A DNA stretch of 64,000 nt from Octopus sinensis (taxonomy: Eukaryota): assembly GCF_006345805.1 (NCBI RefSeq), contig NC_043002.1, positions 41,540,001 to 41,604,000 of the forward strand. The letters are read 5' to 3'. Every line of letters starts with the position of its first letter. Positions within the stretch are counted from its first letter, which is position 1. The notes beneath the pieces are model-generated. The model ran no database searches. It had not been told where the DNA came from and saw nothing but the letters and a program-made list of their open reading frames with translations. Below, piece after piece: positions 37,085-49,503 of the stretch. The position numbers and the translations under genes are program-made.

Positions 37085-37682
37085 TGATTACTTATGGAGG
37101 TGATGACAAGTGACCAAGACCTTTGGCAATTTGCTGTGCCTGAGAAGACATGTTAAGCTAAGTGAAACCATAGTCATGGCCAGTGCAGGTTAAACATAAA
37201 AGGCACCTGTAACGGTGACACATAAGAGGCACCTGTACTGGTAACACGTAAAAATGCACTGGCGCCAATGACATGTAAAAAGCACCTGTGCTTGTGACAT
37301 ATAAAAGGCACCTGTACCAGTGACATGCAAAAGGCTCCCATGTCGGTGACACGCTAAAGGCACCCATGCTAGTGACACATAAAAAACACCAATGCTAGTG
37401 CCGCGTAAAAGGCTCCCATACTGGTGACATGTGAAGGGTACTTATGTTGGTAATGTGTGAAAGCACCTGTGCTAGTAATTTGTAAATGGTACCCGTGCTG
37501 CTGACACGTTAAAGGCGCCCAGTACACTCTGTGGGGTGGTTGACGTTAGGAAGAGCATTCAGCCGTAGAAATCAAATCAAAAGCAGACTGGAACCCAGTG
37601 CAGCTCTCTGGCTTACCAACCCCAACCACATTATCTTACCCATGCTAGCATGGAAGCGGATGCTAAATGGTGACGATGATGA
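37085..37682 (+). mobile_element. RTE LINE 3' end (family C) with expanded 3'UTR minisatellite
   Basis: ORF end MTSDQDLWQFAVPEKT.. followed by 26-bp repeats and a (GAT)n-like tail. Confidence 0.75.
37203..37514 (+). repeat. 26-bp minisatellite, 12 diverged units
   Basis: Unit starts at 37203, 37229, 37256, 37282, 37308, 37334, 37360, 37386, 37412, 37438, 37463, 37489; consensus about GCACC(T/C)GTGC(C/T)(G/A)GTGACAC(G/A)TAAAA(A/G). Confidence 0.9.
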
Positions 37683-37787
37683 TATGTACAAACAGGACTT
37701 TTGAATATCAAAGTAACAATTGTATCAACAAGCTTCCAACACATAGCCAAGAAAATGAGTATAGGTGTTTAAGTGTGACCACAAATA

Positions 37788-37995
37788 AGAATTTTTTTTC
37801 TACTGTAAGCACAAGGCCTAGAATTTTGAGGGAGGGGGCTAGTCGATTAGATCGACCTCAGTACGCAACTGGTACTTAATTTATCGACTCCGAAAGGATG
37901 AAAGGAAAAGTCGACCTCAGTGGAATTTGAACCCAGAATATAAAGATAAATGAAATAACGCAAAGCATTGTGCCCGGCGTGCTAATGATTCTGGC
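37788..37995 (-). mobile_element. SINE family A
   Basis: Reverse-complement A core GGTACTTAATTTATCGACTCCGAAAGGATGAAAGG. Confidence 0.8.
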
Positions 37996-38059
37996 AGCTC
38001 GCCGCTTGACCACAAATAAGAAAGCTGATAAATTATATAGAATGTTAAAATATCTGACT

Positions 38060-38402
38060 TCATGCAAATTTAATACTTGATTTTTATATAAAAATTTCTG
38101 TGGAAAGCATAAAGATTCTGTCTATTGTTCAATTGTATTTGGAAACCTGTCATAAATTTGGATGCAATATGAATTTGAAAATATATTTTCTTCATTTTTC
38201 ATTGGATTTATTTTCTTTAAAATCTCTTGAAATTTCAGTGAAGAGCATGAGAGGTTCCACCCAAATATCAAGGAGGTTTAGAAAAGATATCACATTTTGG
38301 ACTGTGTTAGTGATCTGGTTGCAATTAGTGCAACAAAAATTTTATCTCCAAATAATAAATGTTTAAGTAAGCAATGTTTGTGTGTTTTTAAATAGCTAGT
38401 GT
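38060..38402 (+). pseudogene. Chapaev3/CMC-type transposase C-terminal relic
   Basis: KNFCGKHK.., KFGCNMNLKIYFLHFSLDLF, then after a frameshift SEEHERFHPNIKEV*KRYH, matching the GCNMSLKIHFLHSHLDFF..SDEHGERFHQDI..MEKRYQG motif. Confidence 0.8.
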
Positions 38403-39137
38403 GTATCTTCCACAAATTAAAAAATGTATTGTAGTGGAAGACACCGTACTGTTTATCCTTTGAGTATCTTCACTGCCATACATCACATCATGGAGATAGA
38501 TATACAGGTCTTTCCTTCACTGCCATAAACATTACATTCCTGACACAGAGATACTATGTGGTCACTCAATCTGCTAGAAATAGCAACCAAATCTTTCCTA
38601 AAAAAATAACTTATACATGATACATATTATCATTTTACATATAGCTTGGCACATTCTCTTCATTAGCTGTCACCTAGATATCACAATAATATTGGCACCT
38701 TCTAACAATACCACCTAGCTGTGATAGTCCTACCAATTCCTCTAGCGGTGCTGAGCAGCATTGTTCCTATCAGGGACTATATGGCATTACATTAGCACAG
38801 TCTTTCCACTTGTCATCCATGCAGCCACAACTTCAAACTGGGTGCAGCAGTACCCATTCAAACCATTTTACAAATACCATCTTTTACTACTACACATTTA
38901 GGAGTTGGCTTTTACTCTCAGTTTTCATTTTTTTTCTGTGTATGTCATATTTATAACAAAGCATTTTCTACTTCTTTCTCCAGTTCACAAATCACTGGTC
39001 TTTGGTCTTCTATCCTTCCTTGTCCAATGCCAACCATTTTAGACATAGTAAAACAAGCCGCAAACCCTTAACATTCCATCTAGTGACACACCATACATTG
39101 CTCGCCTTCTCTCTCTCTTCCCCCTCTCTCTCTCTCC

Positions 39138-39195
<58 letters not shown>

Positions 39196-42090
39196 GTATA
39201 TGTATATATATGTGTGTGTGTGTTTGTGTAAAGGACTTATCTGGATATTATCAGATGGTTGTAAATAAGTGATATTTATTTAGTCTTCTGTAAAAAAAAA
39301 ACGTCTGGCTGTGAGAAATATTATGTTACTTAGAAACAGGTGAAGGTTGGCAACAGGAAAGGCATCCAGCCCTAGAAAATCTACTTTGAGAAAATTTCAT
39401 ATAACTCTTGCTAGCATAGAAAAAATAGATGCCGAATGTTGATTGTGTGTGTGTGTGTGTGGTGTGTGTGTGTGTGTTTAGAGATTGATAGTCTTAATTC
39501 AAGATTTTATTTTATATTATATTTTCAGCTGATTATTCTGTAGGTGTGTTAGCAATTTGAAATTCTATGGTTCTCTGTATAACTAATTACTACCACTCTT
39601 ACCTTCCAACCAAATACAAAAGTGATATTAACAATGTTTCTGTTGGTAATGCTTATAATGTTAGGCTAATGTACATACGTAATCTGACTTACGAAAATAA
39701 ACATCTTATTATCTAAAAATCCAGCTAAAGTCAGTTTCAGTGTGTTGAATATGAAATATCAGCTTAGAGAATGAAGAGTTTTTAAGATAAGTGAAGTAAA
39801 CACTTTTTTTTTGGAGATTATATGATATATCTAAAAGTAAAAGTACAGATATTTTTTTAATGTTTTTTCTGTTATGAAGCTGTCTTGGCCAAGTCTGCCT
39901 GAACAACACCAAGGTGCTGTAGTAGTTGAATGAAAGCATTAGAGCAATGGTTTTTGTAAATGGGCTTCTTAGGGGAGGACATTTGTTGTGAAGGCAGACA
40001 TTCCCAGAATACATTTTGGGTTTTTTATCCCCTTCCCACCTTTTGAAATTTACAGTTTATCTCTTTTTTTTTAAAGTTTTGTATTCTTTTTTTTTATCTG
40101 TATTAAGCATGGTAACTGGTTGATGTACTGTTAATGTTTGTGAATAAATTATTTCTTTGGAGCAACCTATTTGAGGAGGATAATAAAATGAAAGCCTGGT
40201 ATATTAATTTGTATTTGGGACCTTAGAGGTTTGAGCACCAACCCTAACAAAAGTCAGCTTCAAACCCAGCTATTAGCATTGTTCTGTGCCTGGAGGCAAG
40301 TGGTAATCCTTTTATTCCTTTTGTAACCACACCCATCACTACTTTCAAAATAACAACAACAGATAGTGCTTCTCAAATGAAAGAACTATCATTCTTAAAA
40401 ACACTAGTTCCTGCAACTTGACAAATATTGCTTGTGTTTATAGCACATAACAGCAAATATGTAGACATCTGTGTAGACATGACATACATAAAACAAGTGA
40501 AGGAGAGCAACACACACACACACAGACAGGCACATGCATTCACACAGAGGTAGTCTTATAATGGAAGAAATTCAGTGCCAGGATAAATATTTGGCATTGA
40601 GGTTTTGGCCATTACTGGGTTCACCTATATCTAGTTGGGAATTAAGACACAGCACATGCAATATTTTGAGTGGCTAGTGGTCTATAAATAGAGAAGTAAT
40701 TTCTAAAATTGTCTTTCAAAAGTCCTGTTTAACATTTCAATTATCCATCTACAGAATTTTATTGTTAAAAAAAAAATATGTAAGAAGGGCAGGGAAAACT
40801 TTTAAACTTTATTATTATAATTATTATCGTGCCAGACAAAGTGCTTTACATTCTTAGTTCAAATGCTGCCAAGATTGATTTGCCTTTCATGAGAGTCACT
40901 GCCCGGTTATTATTATTATCACACTGGACAAATTGCTTTAGTTCAAATGTTGCTGGTGTTGGCTTTGCCTTTCATCAAAAGGATGTAGAGTTTGATAAAA
41001 TAGGTACTGGTTGAGCACCAGGGTCGATGTAATTGACTAGCCACCTTCCCTCAAAACTGCTGGCCTTGTGCTAAAATTTGAATTATTATTAATTATTATT
41101 ATTATTGATTTGACTCTGGTTCATTCTTATTCCTGTGAAAATTACATGGGTGGCAAGTTACTCTCTGTAACTTAAGGTATTCACAGGCTTTCAATAGTCT
41201 TTCAAGTGCTTAAAACCTTTCTGATAATATTGCCTGCCTCTAGGAGGCAAACTTTCTGTAGAAGCTCTACAGGGCATTCTATTCTAATCTCCATCAAATA
41301 TTTGTCGTACAGTTTTCATTCTCCAAATTCATGCAATTTCAAATTTCAAATTTCACATCCTGTCTTTAAGTCCTCCTGAAGTCATCTTTGTCTCTCATCC
41401 TTTGTGGTTGATAAAATAAAGTACAGGAGTCAAAGTAATTATTATTATAATTATAAAGGCACCGAGCTGTCATCCTTTTGATAATTACAAACAAACTGAC
41501 ACAATTCTTAGTACACTTTTAGTGTATAATTAAATCCCCATAAATGTACACACACACTCATATACATGTAAGCCTAAACACACACACACACATACATATA
41601 TGTGCAAGCATGTATATGTACATATATATATATAAGCTTGTATGTGGAAGTGTGGGTACATGGGACATACACAAATAATTCATATGCATTCATATGTGTT
41701 TCTAGCTTTCAAGTAGTATGCATATGTATATCTAGCTGTCTCGGTTCAAAGCCTTTAGGTATGTATGGCTTTATAATCTCGGCTACCATACATGCACATA
41801 CAAATAAACACACTTTCAACACATACAGTTAGTTGCAACCAAAAGAAACCTATAAGTAAATTATATACCAATAGATTGAGAAAGACAGACAAATAGAATA
41901 TTAGCTAGACAATTATTATGGGATTTTATTTCAAAAATACATTTTCAAAGACTCTAAAACGTGTGAGCACTGTGGTGTTCACTGGAAGAGGCTGCTTCAA
42001 AGAAAAATTGATATAATATTTGCTTATTTTTGGTTGATTATCTTTTTATTGTTGTATGTATATGAAGAGTAGATTATGTGCATAAGATAC

Positions 42091-42132
<42 letters not shown>

Positions 42133-42759
42133 ACATATATGTGTGTGTACTTATTACACACACTCATATGACTTATTTTTAGTGTTGTATTGTTTGCTAA
42201 AAATAAACAGTAATATATTTATTGATAAAATAATGACTAAATAAATATATTTTCTCTGCTTAGATTTGTTTCAAAGTTATTGTTAGTGACTGAATGTATT
42301 CAAAATTGTGTGTGTGTGTGTGTCTTTTTTTTCCCCACCTTTAATGTTATGTTTGTTGTTGCTTTTGTGTGTATTAGCCTATAAAAATACAATTTTTTAT
42401 GTATTAAGTTGTGAATATATACATGTATAGGCATGGTTGAGAAGCTTGCTTCCCAACCATACATTTTGGGTTTGGACCCACTTTACAGCACTTTGGGAAA
42501 GTGTCCCCTACACTGGCCCTGTGCTGACCAAAGCCTTGTGAGTGTTTTTGTTAGACAGAAGCTTAAAGAATCCTGTCATACATATATAGGAATAGATGCA
42601 GTATTAATACTAAATACCAACTTAATGTGGAGGTTGTTAGAACATAGAATATTGCATTATTTTAGCTAGAGGGGGATCTTTCATAAGGACCCATGGTGCA
42701 TAAAAGCAATCGTGATTATATTGTTGACAGATGAGAATCATCTACTACAGCGACCATAA

Positions 42760-42806
42760 CTGCCAGATCATGTGATTTCACCCTGCTATGAGTTCATCAG
42801 TAACAG
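42760..42806 (-). ncRNA. Type I hammerhead ribozyme, complete core
   Basis: CTGTTA CTGATGA ACTC ATAGCA GGGT GAA ATCA CA TGAT C TGGCAG: 6-bp stem I (2 G-U), 4-bp stem II (1 G-U), near-palindromic stem III, AUC cleavage triplet. Confidence 0.75.
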
Positions 42807-42904
42807 ATGTCCAGCAGCAAGATAAGAACCAAATCTTCCATAAACAATATGTATAAAATATCAGTGTCTATTCAGGCATTGGTGTCACAAATACTCAGTG
42901 GGCT

Positions 42905-42942
<38 letters not shown>

Positions 42943-43438
42943 CGTGTCTTTGTCTAGTGATAGTTGTAAGTGAACATTATCACCATACAAGCTGAGTTGT
43001 TTGTTTCCAGTCTTCAGTGTAAAATATGCTTAGCCATGGGGGAAATATTACCTTGTTTGGAAACAGGTAACAGAAACGGCATTTGGCTGTAGAAAATCTA
43101 CTTCCAAAAGTTCTATCAGTCAACAGTGGATATACCATTTTATGGATACCATAAAATAGATCTATAATTTACTGTTTGGAAGCCAAGACTTCCAAACAAC
43201 AAATTTACTAGTTACTATATGTAAGGGTGCATTACTTCAAAGTTACAATGTTTTTACAAATCTTTCATATCCCTAGGACTACGCATTCACCAATTTGAGT
43301 ACTAATGGTATAGAAGTTATACTGTTCAAACGATTTAGTTCACAATATCTAGTTCAGAGCTGGCCTTGTGCCAAAATTTCGAAATCAATTTCTGGTTCAG
43401 TCTCATCTGCTGTTTATGTATTAGTCTTTCTTGTTTAA

Positions 43439-43663
43439 CCCTTTAGCATTCAGATTAATCGGTCAAATGTAATGCTTTTTTTATTTATATTATTATGAAT
43501 TATTCATGCATTATCTTGCAGCTTTTAGATTTCAATGATGTGATTGTTTTTGTTTTTAGAATGACATTGTAGGGTAGGTGTGAGAGACTGGATATGACCT
43601 GTTTGAACATAAAACAGGTGTTTTATTTGGGTTTTATTATAGCTAGTTTAAATGCAGAAGGGG
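43439..43663 (+). mobile_element. piggyBac-type MITE
   Basis: TTAA-CCCTTTAGCATTCAGAT.. same family as 8125 and 35610. Confidence 0.75.
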
Positions 43664-44049
43664 TAAAGGGAAAGTATTGCTTTTTTTTATGTTCCTTATG
43701 AACTCGAGGGAGTGGGGAGAGAGAAAGAGAGAGAGAACGAGAGTAAGGTTAAGAGCAAGCAATGAGAATTTTTCTTCTTAATCTTGAAAGAAAAATATCA
43801 ATTTTGTTTCAGTCAATACACAGTGAGATTTTTCTTTTTAATATTCTTTTATTCTTTTAGGACTTTGTAAAGTATGTAATTTCACTGGGCATTTTTATTC
43901 TAGAAGAATGATGTGTTAATATATATTTTCAACAACATGAAAATTTATAAACTTTCGAGAGAAAGTGAAATAATTTTTGGGTGGAATAGTAGATCTCAAA
44001 GCGTATAAATTAACAATTAATAACTTGTAAATATTGGATTGTAAAATGC

Positions 44050-44440
44050 TTTTGGAGAGAAAACTTCTAAGGCTACCCATGGGACAAACCCACATCTGTA
44101 AACATGGCAGGTGTTCTGCCATTAGACCAAAGCAATCCTTTAAATTTTTCTACTGGTTTTAGAGACTTTATCCTTACTAACAAGAATTGTGTGCTTTTGG
44201 CATGATGAGGATTTATAAACTCAAAAAAAAAAATTAAACAATCCTTTTTAGGAATGGTAAATCCCGAAGCAGATGGTAAACTTATAAATAATAGTGTTAA
44301 ATAGTGGGTTAAAAACCCCTTTGGATAGAAAAGATTGAAGGCTGTCCACAAGACTTGAACCCACATCTTCTGTAAACATGACAGGTGTTCTACTATTAAA
44401 CCTAAGTAATCTTTTGAATTTCTCTACTCATTTGAAGCAC
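44050..44440 (-). repeat. Two diverged tandem copies (~270-bp period) of a tRNA-like decayed repeat
   Basis: AACCCACATCT..GTAAACATG.CAGGTGTTCT.C.ATTA.ACC at ~44087 and ~44358; second copy interrupted by the LINE at 44443. Confidence 0.45.
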
Positions 44441-44442
44441 GA

Positions 44443-44773
44443 CCTTCGAACATTAGGCCTCACCAAGGAAATGACTAGCGACTGAGACCGTTGGAAATAT
44501 GCTGTGCTCAAGAAGACCCGGCAAGCCAGATGAAACCATAACCCGTGGCCTATGCCAGGAGCATAACCAGCCTGCTTATGCGTAGCTTTTCCTTCTTTGG
44601 TCACATAAAAAGCACCCACTACACTCCCGGAGTGGTTGGCGTTAGGAAGGGCATCCTGCTGTAGAAACTCTGCCAGATCAAGACTGGAGCCTGGTGCAGC
44701 CACCTGGTTGCCAGCCCTCAGTCAATACCATCCAACCCATGCTAGCATGGAAAACGGACGTTAAATGATGATG
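44443..44773 (+). mobile_element. RTE LINE 3' end (family C) including ORF terminus
   Basis: LKHDLRTLGLTKEMTSD*DRWKYAVLKKTRQAR* followed by the family C UTR and GATGATGAT; shows that family C is a LINE 3'UTR. Confidence 0.8.
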
Positions 44774-44814
44774 ATTTTAAAAGCTTTCTTATAATCAGCA
44801 AGAATTGTGTGTTT

Positions 44815-45152
44815 GGTGTGATAAGGGACTGGGAGTTGTGGCGATTTGCTGTACTTGAGAAGACACATCAAGCTAAGTATTGTAAAATCATAGTCATCCA
44901 TACATACAAGCATGTCCAGTGCCATGTAAAATGCACTCTTGCTGGTGCCACATAGAACACTCATATGCCAGTGCTCGGTGAATGCACCTGTGTCAGTGGC
45001 ATGTAGAAAAGCACTCACCATGCTCTGTAAAATGGTTGATGTTAGGAAGGGCATCCAGCTGTAGAAACCATGCCAAAACAGACTGGCCAAATTCTGTCAA
45101 ACCATCCAACTCATGCCAGCATGGAAAATGGACGTTAGGAGATGATGATGAT
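44815..45152 (+). mobile_element. RTE LINE 3' end (family C), older copy
   Basis: ..WELWRFAVLEKTHQAK*, degenerate 26-bp units, (GAT)n tail. Confidence 0.7.
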
Positions 45153-45504
45153 TAAGATGCTATTATTTATAGTTTTTTTTTATGTTTCAAGATCCACTAT
45201 TGCAAAAACACTGTATATATATTTTGGTTTGGACAAGAGAGAGAGTGGGAACTTCTCAGGTTCTTTGATGCCAGATTGCATTACTCTTATTTTGCAGGAT
45301 ATTTTATTCTAGTGTGTTCAGGAAGGGTTTGCTTTAATAATTTCATTACTTTCGTTTCACAAAGTATTTTACTCACTTGTTTGGGGAGTTTGTTGAAATA
45401 ATGACCACATTATAAAGCAATCATACAAGCCAAGAAAAGAGAACTTTTAAGTGGTTGTTTGACCTGTTAAGAGATTGCATGCATCCTACCATCCTGAGAG
45501 AGAA

Positions 45505-45645
45505 AGAGAGGTGTATGTGTGTGTCTGAATGTGTGTATATATACATGTGTGTGTGCATGTGTGCACATGTGTGTATATATATATATATACACATACATAT
45601 ATATGTGCATGTATGTTTATATTATATATGTGTGTGTGCGTTTGA

Positions 45646-45680
<35 letters not shown>

Positions 45681-45975
45681 CGTTTGAATATATATATATA
45701 TATGTGCATGCATGCATGTATATATGTGTGCGTGTATATGTATATATGTGCTTGTATGTATGCATATATATATATGCGTGTATGTATGCATATATGTGCA
45801 TGTATGTATGTATATATGTGCGTGTATGTAGATATGTGTGTGTATGTAAATGTATACATGTATATATGTACGAATATGTATATATTTATACACACATGTG
45901 CGTGTATGTATGTATGTATATATATGTGTGTGTATATGGATATATATGTATCTGTATGTATGTATGTATGTATAC
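45505..45975. repeat. Long degenerate (TA/TG/CA) microsatellite field
   Basis: Alternating purine-pyrimidine low-complexity sequence producing the overlapping 167-204 aa YVC/HIYT ORFs. Confidence 0.95.
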
Positions 45976-46438
45976 AAAGACTGTTTCATTATTTCTATTT
46001 CAGTTTTTCCTTTTCTATTACATTCAGTTTGCTTCTTCCAATAGTCAGGTGGACCAAATGCTAAACTAATGCATCAGTTAAATTTAATCTTTTTTAATTT
46101 TTTTTTCATTTTGTTAAACATTTTTTTTTTTGAGATTGAATGGATTTTCAAATCTCAAGAAAGTTAATTTTTATTTCTCAGGAAATGAAAATTAATATAG
46201 TTTTTTCACTTTCAAAATAGGAAGGGTTCAGCAGAGCAGAGACTGCAAAACAGTTAAAAAATATAGATGCAGTAACTTTTAAACAGTTTAAAGGGTACAA
46301 AAAAAAAAATGCATCCAAATCACCGGATCTTCAATAACCTTAAAACATACATCATCATATACAGTGATATTAAGGGTACAAAAGGAAAAGATATTTATTT
46401 TGGATAGAATATATATAACCATGATAGAATATATATAA

Positions 46439-47036
46439 GGTGGTGTGCTGGCAGAATCGTTAGCACGCCAGGCGAAATGCTTAGTGGTATTTAGTCTGCC
46501 GTTACGTTCTGAGTTCAAATTCCGCCAAGGTCGACTTTGCCCTTCATCCTTTTGGGGTTGATAAATTAAGTACCAGTTGACACTGGGGTCGATATAATCG
46601 ACTTAATCCGTTTGTCTGTCCTTGTTTGTCCTCTCTGTGTTTAGCCCCTTGTGGGTAGTAAAGAAATAAGTATTTCGTCTGCCATTATGTTCTGAGTTCA
46701 AATTCCGCCAAGGTTGACTTTGCCTTTCATCCTTTTGGGGTTGATAAATTAAGTACCAGTTGACACCGGGGTCGATATAATCGACTTAATCCGTTTGTCT
46801 GTCCTTGTTTGTCCTCTCTGTGTTTAGCCCCTTGTGGGTAGTAAAGAAATAAGTATTTCGTCTGCCATTATGTTCTGAGTTCAAATTCCGCCGAGGTTGA
46901 CCTTGCCTTTCATCCTTTTGGGGTTGATAAATTAAGTACCAGTTGACACTGGGGTCGATATAATCGACTTAATCCGTTTGTCTGTCCTTGTTTGTCCTCT
47001 CTATGTTTAGCCCCTTGTGGGTAATAAAGAAATAAG
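46439..47036 (+). mobile_element. Family A SINE with internal 183-bp triplication
   Basis: One head plus units 46488-46670, 46671-46853 and 46854-47036; AGAATATATAT duplicated at both flanks. Confidence 0.9.
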
Positions 47037-47379
47037 AATATATATCACCTTGTATTAAAACAGTATGTGTCTATAAATGTGCGGTAAAATTACCTTCTCA
47101 AGTCACACTGACTTGGGCTGGTTTCCATGGCATATGAATTCCCCACCTGGATGGGATGCCAATCCATCACACGATTACACATTTTTGGCAGCTGAGTGGA
47201 CTGGAACAATGTGAAATGAAGTCTTTTGCTTAAGAACACAATGCACCCCCTGGTCCAGGAATCAAAACCACAACCATACGATCACGAATCCAACATCCTA
47301 ACCACTAAACTACGCGTTTACACATGTCTATCTATCTGCCTACCTGGTTGCCTGGTAACCTACCTGTGTGTATGTGTGC

Positions 47380-47431
<52 letters not shown>

Positions 47432-47454
47432 TAAATCCACAACATTTTTTTGCT

Positions 47455-47576
47455 CTTCCTCTTATTCCTTTCTGTTGAAGAGTATTGGCTCGAAACAAAA
47501 ACAGACTTTTTCACTTTCCTGAGCGTCAAACTAATACTCCTACTTGTTCATACACCTGTCTTCTGTAAATTTCAAC

Positions 47577-47577
<1 letters not shown>
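47455..47577 (+). mobile_element. Family G-like unit with decayed hammerhead
   Basis: TTT CTGTTGA A GAGT ATTG GCTC GAAAC at 47468-47496, followed by TTCCTGAGCGTC as in family G. Confidence 0.55.
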
Positions 47578-47600
<23 letters not shown>

Positions 47601-47607
<7 letters not shown>

Positions 47608-47866
47608 ATCACGTGACCGACCAGGCTATCAGATGTTGCTACACATCGCTGGTCACAATGCGCTTCGCATAGCTTTAGCCTTCAAATGACGCCACCCCAC
47701 TGGCTAAGCAAGCAGGCCAACAGAAGAAAGAGCGAGAGAAGTTGCGGCGAAAGAGTACAGCAGGAATCGCCACCATCCCCTGCCGGAGCCTCGTGGAGCT
47801 ATAGGTGTTTTCGCTCAATAAACACTCACAACGCCCAGTCTGGGATTCGAAACCGCGAGTCCGCTG

Positions 47867-47870
<4 letters not shown>
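47601..47870 (-). mobile_element. SINE family H (head and core shared with family E, different tail)
   Basis: 47725-47870 aligns to 7630-7790; tail ends in a TCACGTGATCACGTGA palindrome; tail also at 52390-52525 (+). Confidence 0.7.
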
Positions 47871-47934
<64 letters not shown>

Positions 47935-48111
47935 ATGGCAAATGGAATATACGTTGGCTAGCTGTAAGCAGTAAACGTGCTTCATTGGCTAACTACTAGG
48001 TACATACCTAATGCTTAAATAATAACTTATATATTTATATACATTTTGGGCGATTTAATAAGAGTTTTGACTGTTATTTCAAGCAGGTAGACATACTATG
48101 TGCTTTAATTG

Positions 48112-48157
<46 letters not shown>

Positions 48158-48999
48158 ATATATAGCTTTTCAAATACAGGCGCAAGGTCTGAAGTTTTAG
48201 GGGAGGGGGCCTATTCAATTACATTGAGTCACGATGCTTAACTCGTAGTTCTTTTACTAACCTCGGTGGAATTTGAACTCAGAACATAAAACAGATGAAG
48301 CACCACTAAGCATTTTGTCTGGTGCAGTAATGGCTCAGCTGGTTGGGTGCCTTCACATATGCACGTACGTACATACATACATACATACATACATATATCA
48401 ACTTATTTATTGACATATATATGTACAGGCATATATACATATGTATAGACATATATATACATGTGTAGACATATATAAATAGATAGATGTATCAATGTAA
48501 GCAGATATGCATTCATATACATGTATTTTATTGCTTTTTATTCGATCGATTTTAAATTACCCCTGACTGTTGCATTATGAATGGTATAACTAACAATTGA
48601 GACTTTTTTAAGCAATTGTAGTTTTATCATTTTATAAAATTTGAGACATGGGAATGAAGAGAAATGATAACCAAAGTAGTATCTTCATTCTAAACAGATT
48701 TATTTTTATTACTATTGTTATTATTTATTATTGTTTTTGTTTTATTTTTTTTTAATGCAAAACATTAAACTGATGTTATAATTATGTTAATTAAAACATA
48801 GTTTTCATACTTAATATTTTTTATTTCGTTGTTGATATTTAATTGCTGAGAATCTAGTCAAAATGTCGCCTCTGCTTGTGATGATCATCATATATAAGTC
48901 CTTAATTAGTTTTTTCATAAATAAGATCATAACTATTGTTATCACTATTTTTATTATGATTATTATTATTATTACCAAGTTATTATTTGCCTTCTCTAG

Positions 49000-49049
49000 A
49001 TATGTTCATGTTTAACATGACAGTGCATAGATCTGGTACTAATACAGTT
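49000..49049 (+). CDS. Candidate 50-nt exon ((D)MFMFNMTVHRSGTNTV)
   Basis: Acceptor tttgccttctctag, donor GTT|gtaagt, one open frame; no protein recognised. Confidence 0.2.
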
Positions 49050-49466
49050 GTAAGTCAGTTTACCTCATAATGTTTTTAGTTTGGTCGTTGCTATACTCGT
49101 CTTTATCTCACTGGTGCCCTTAAAAGATACACTTGTTGTCGGTTGTCCTCAAGTCATCCCAAACTGAACAGACTTTTGAGTAAAAGCCTTCCAGCTATGC
49201 TAATCTTGTCTTGCAAAATATCTAGAGAAGGTATTTGTAAAACACCTTTCATTGGTCTACAAACAGTTGAGAGCCACCAGCCTTAAAGAAGTTCTGGGGT
49301 TATAACTGTTGCTGAGAAACTGGGGGAGTTGACCATCAGAAGATGAATTTCATTCACTTTTGGTAAGATCAGACTCTCTCTCTCTCTCTCTCAGTTTGAG
49401 TGTATGTGTGTGCATCTTGGTTTTACATGGTTAATACCAACTAACATAGTACTCAATGAACATATA

Positions 49467-49503
<37 letters not shown>

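Noticed and set aside
45455-46069. Longest ORFs (167-204 aa) on both strands
   Set aside because: Translations of (TA/TG/CA)n low-complexity DNA; the same applies to the many YIYI, HTHT, VCVC and SLSL ORFs elsewhere
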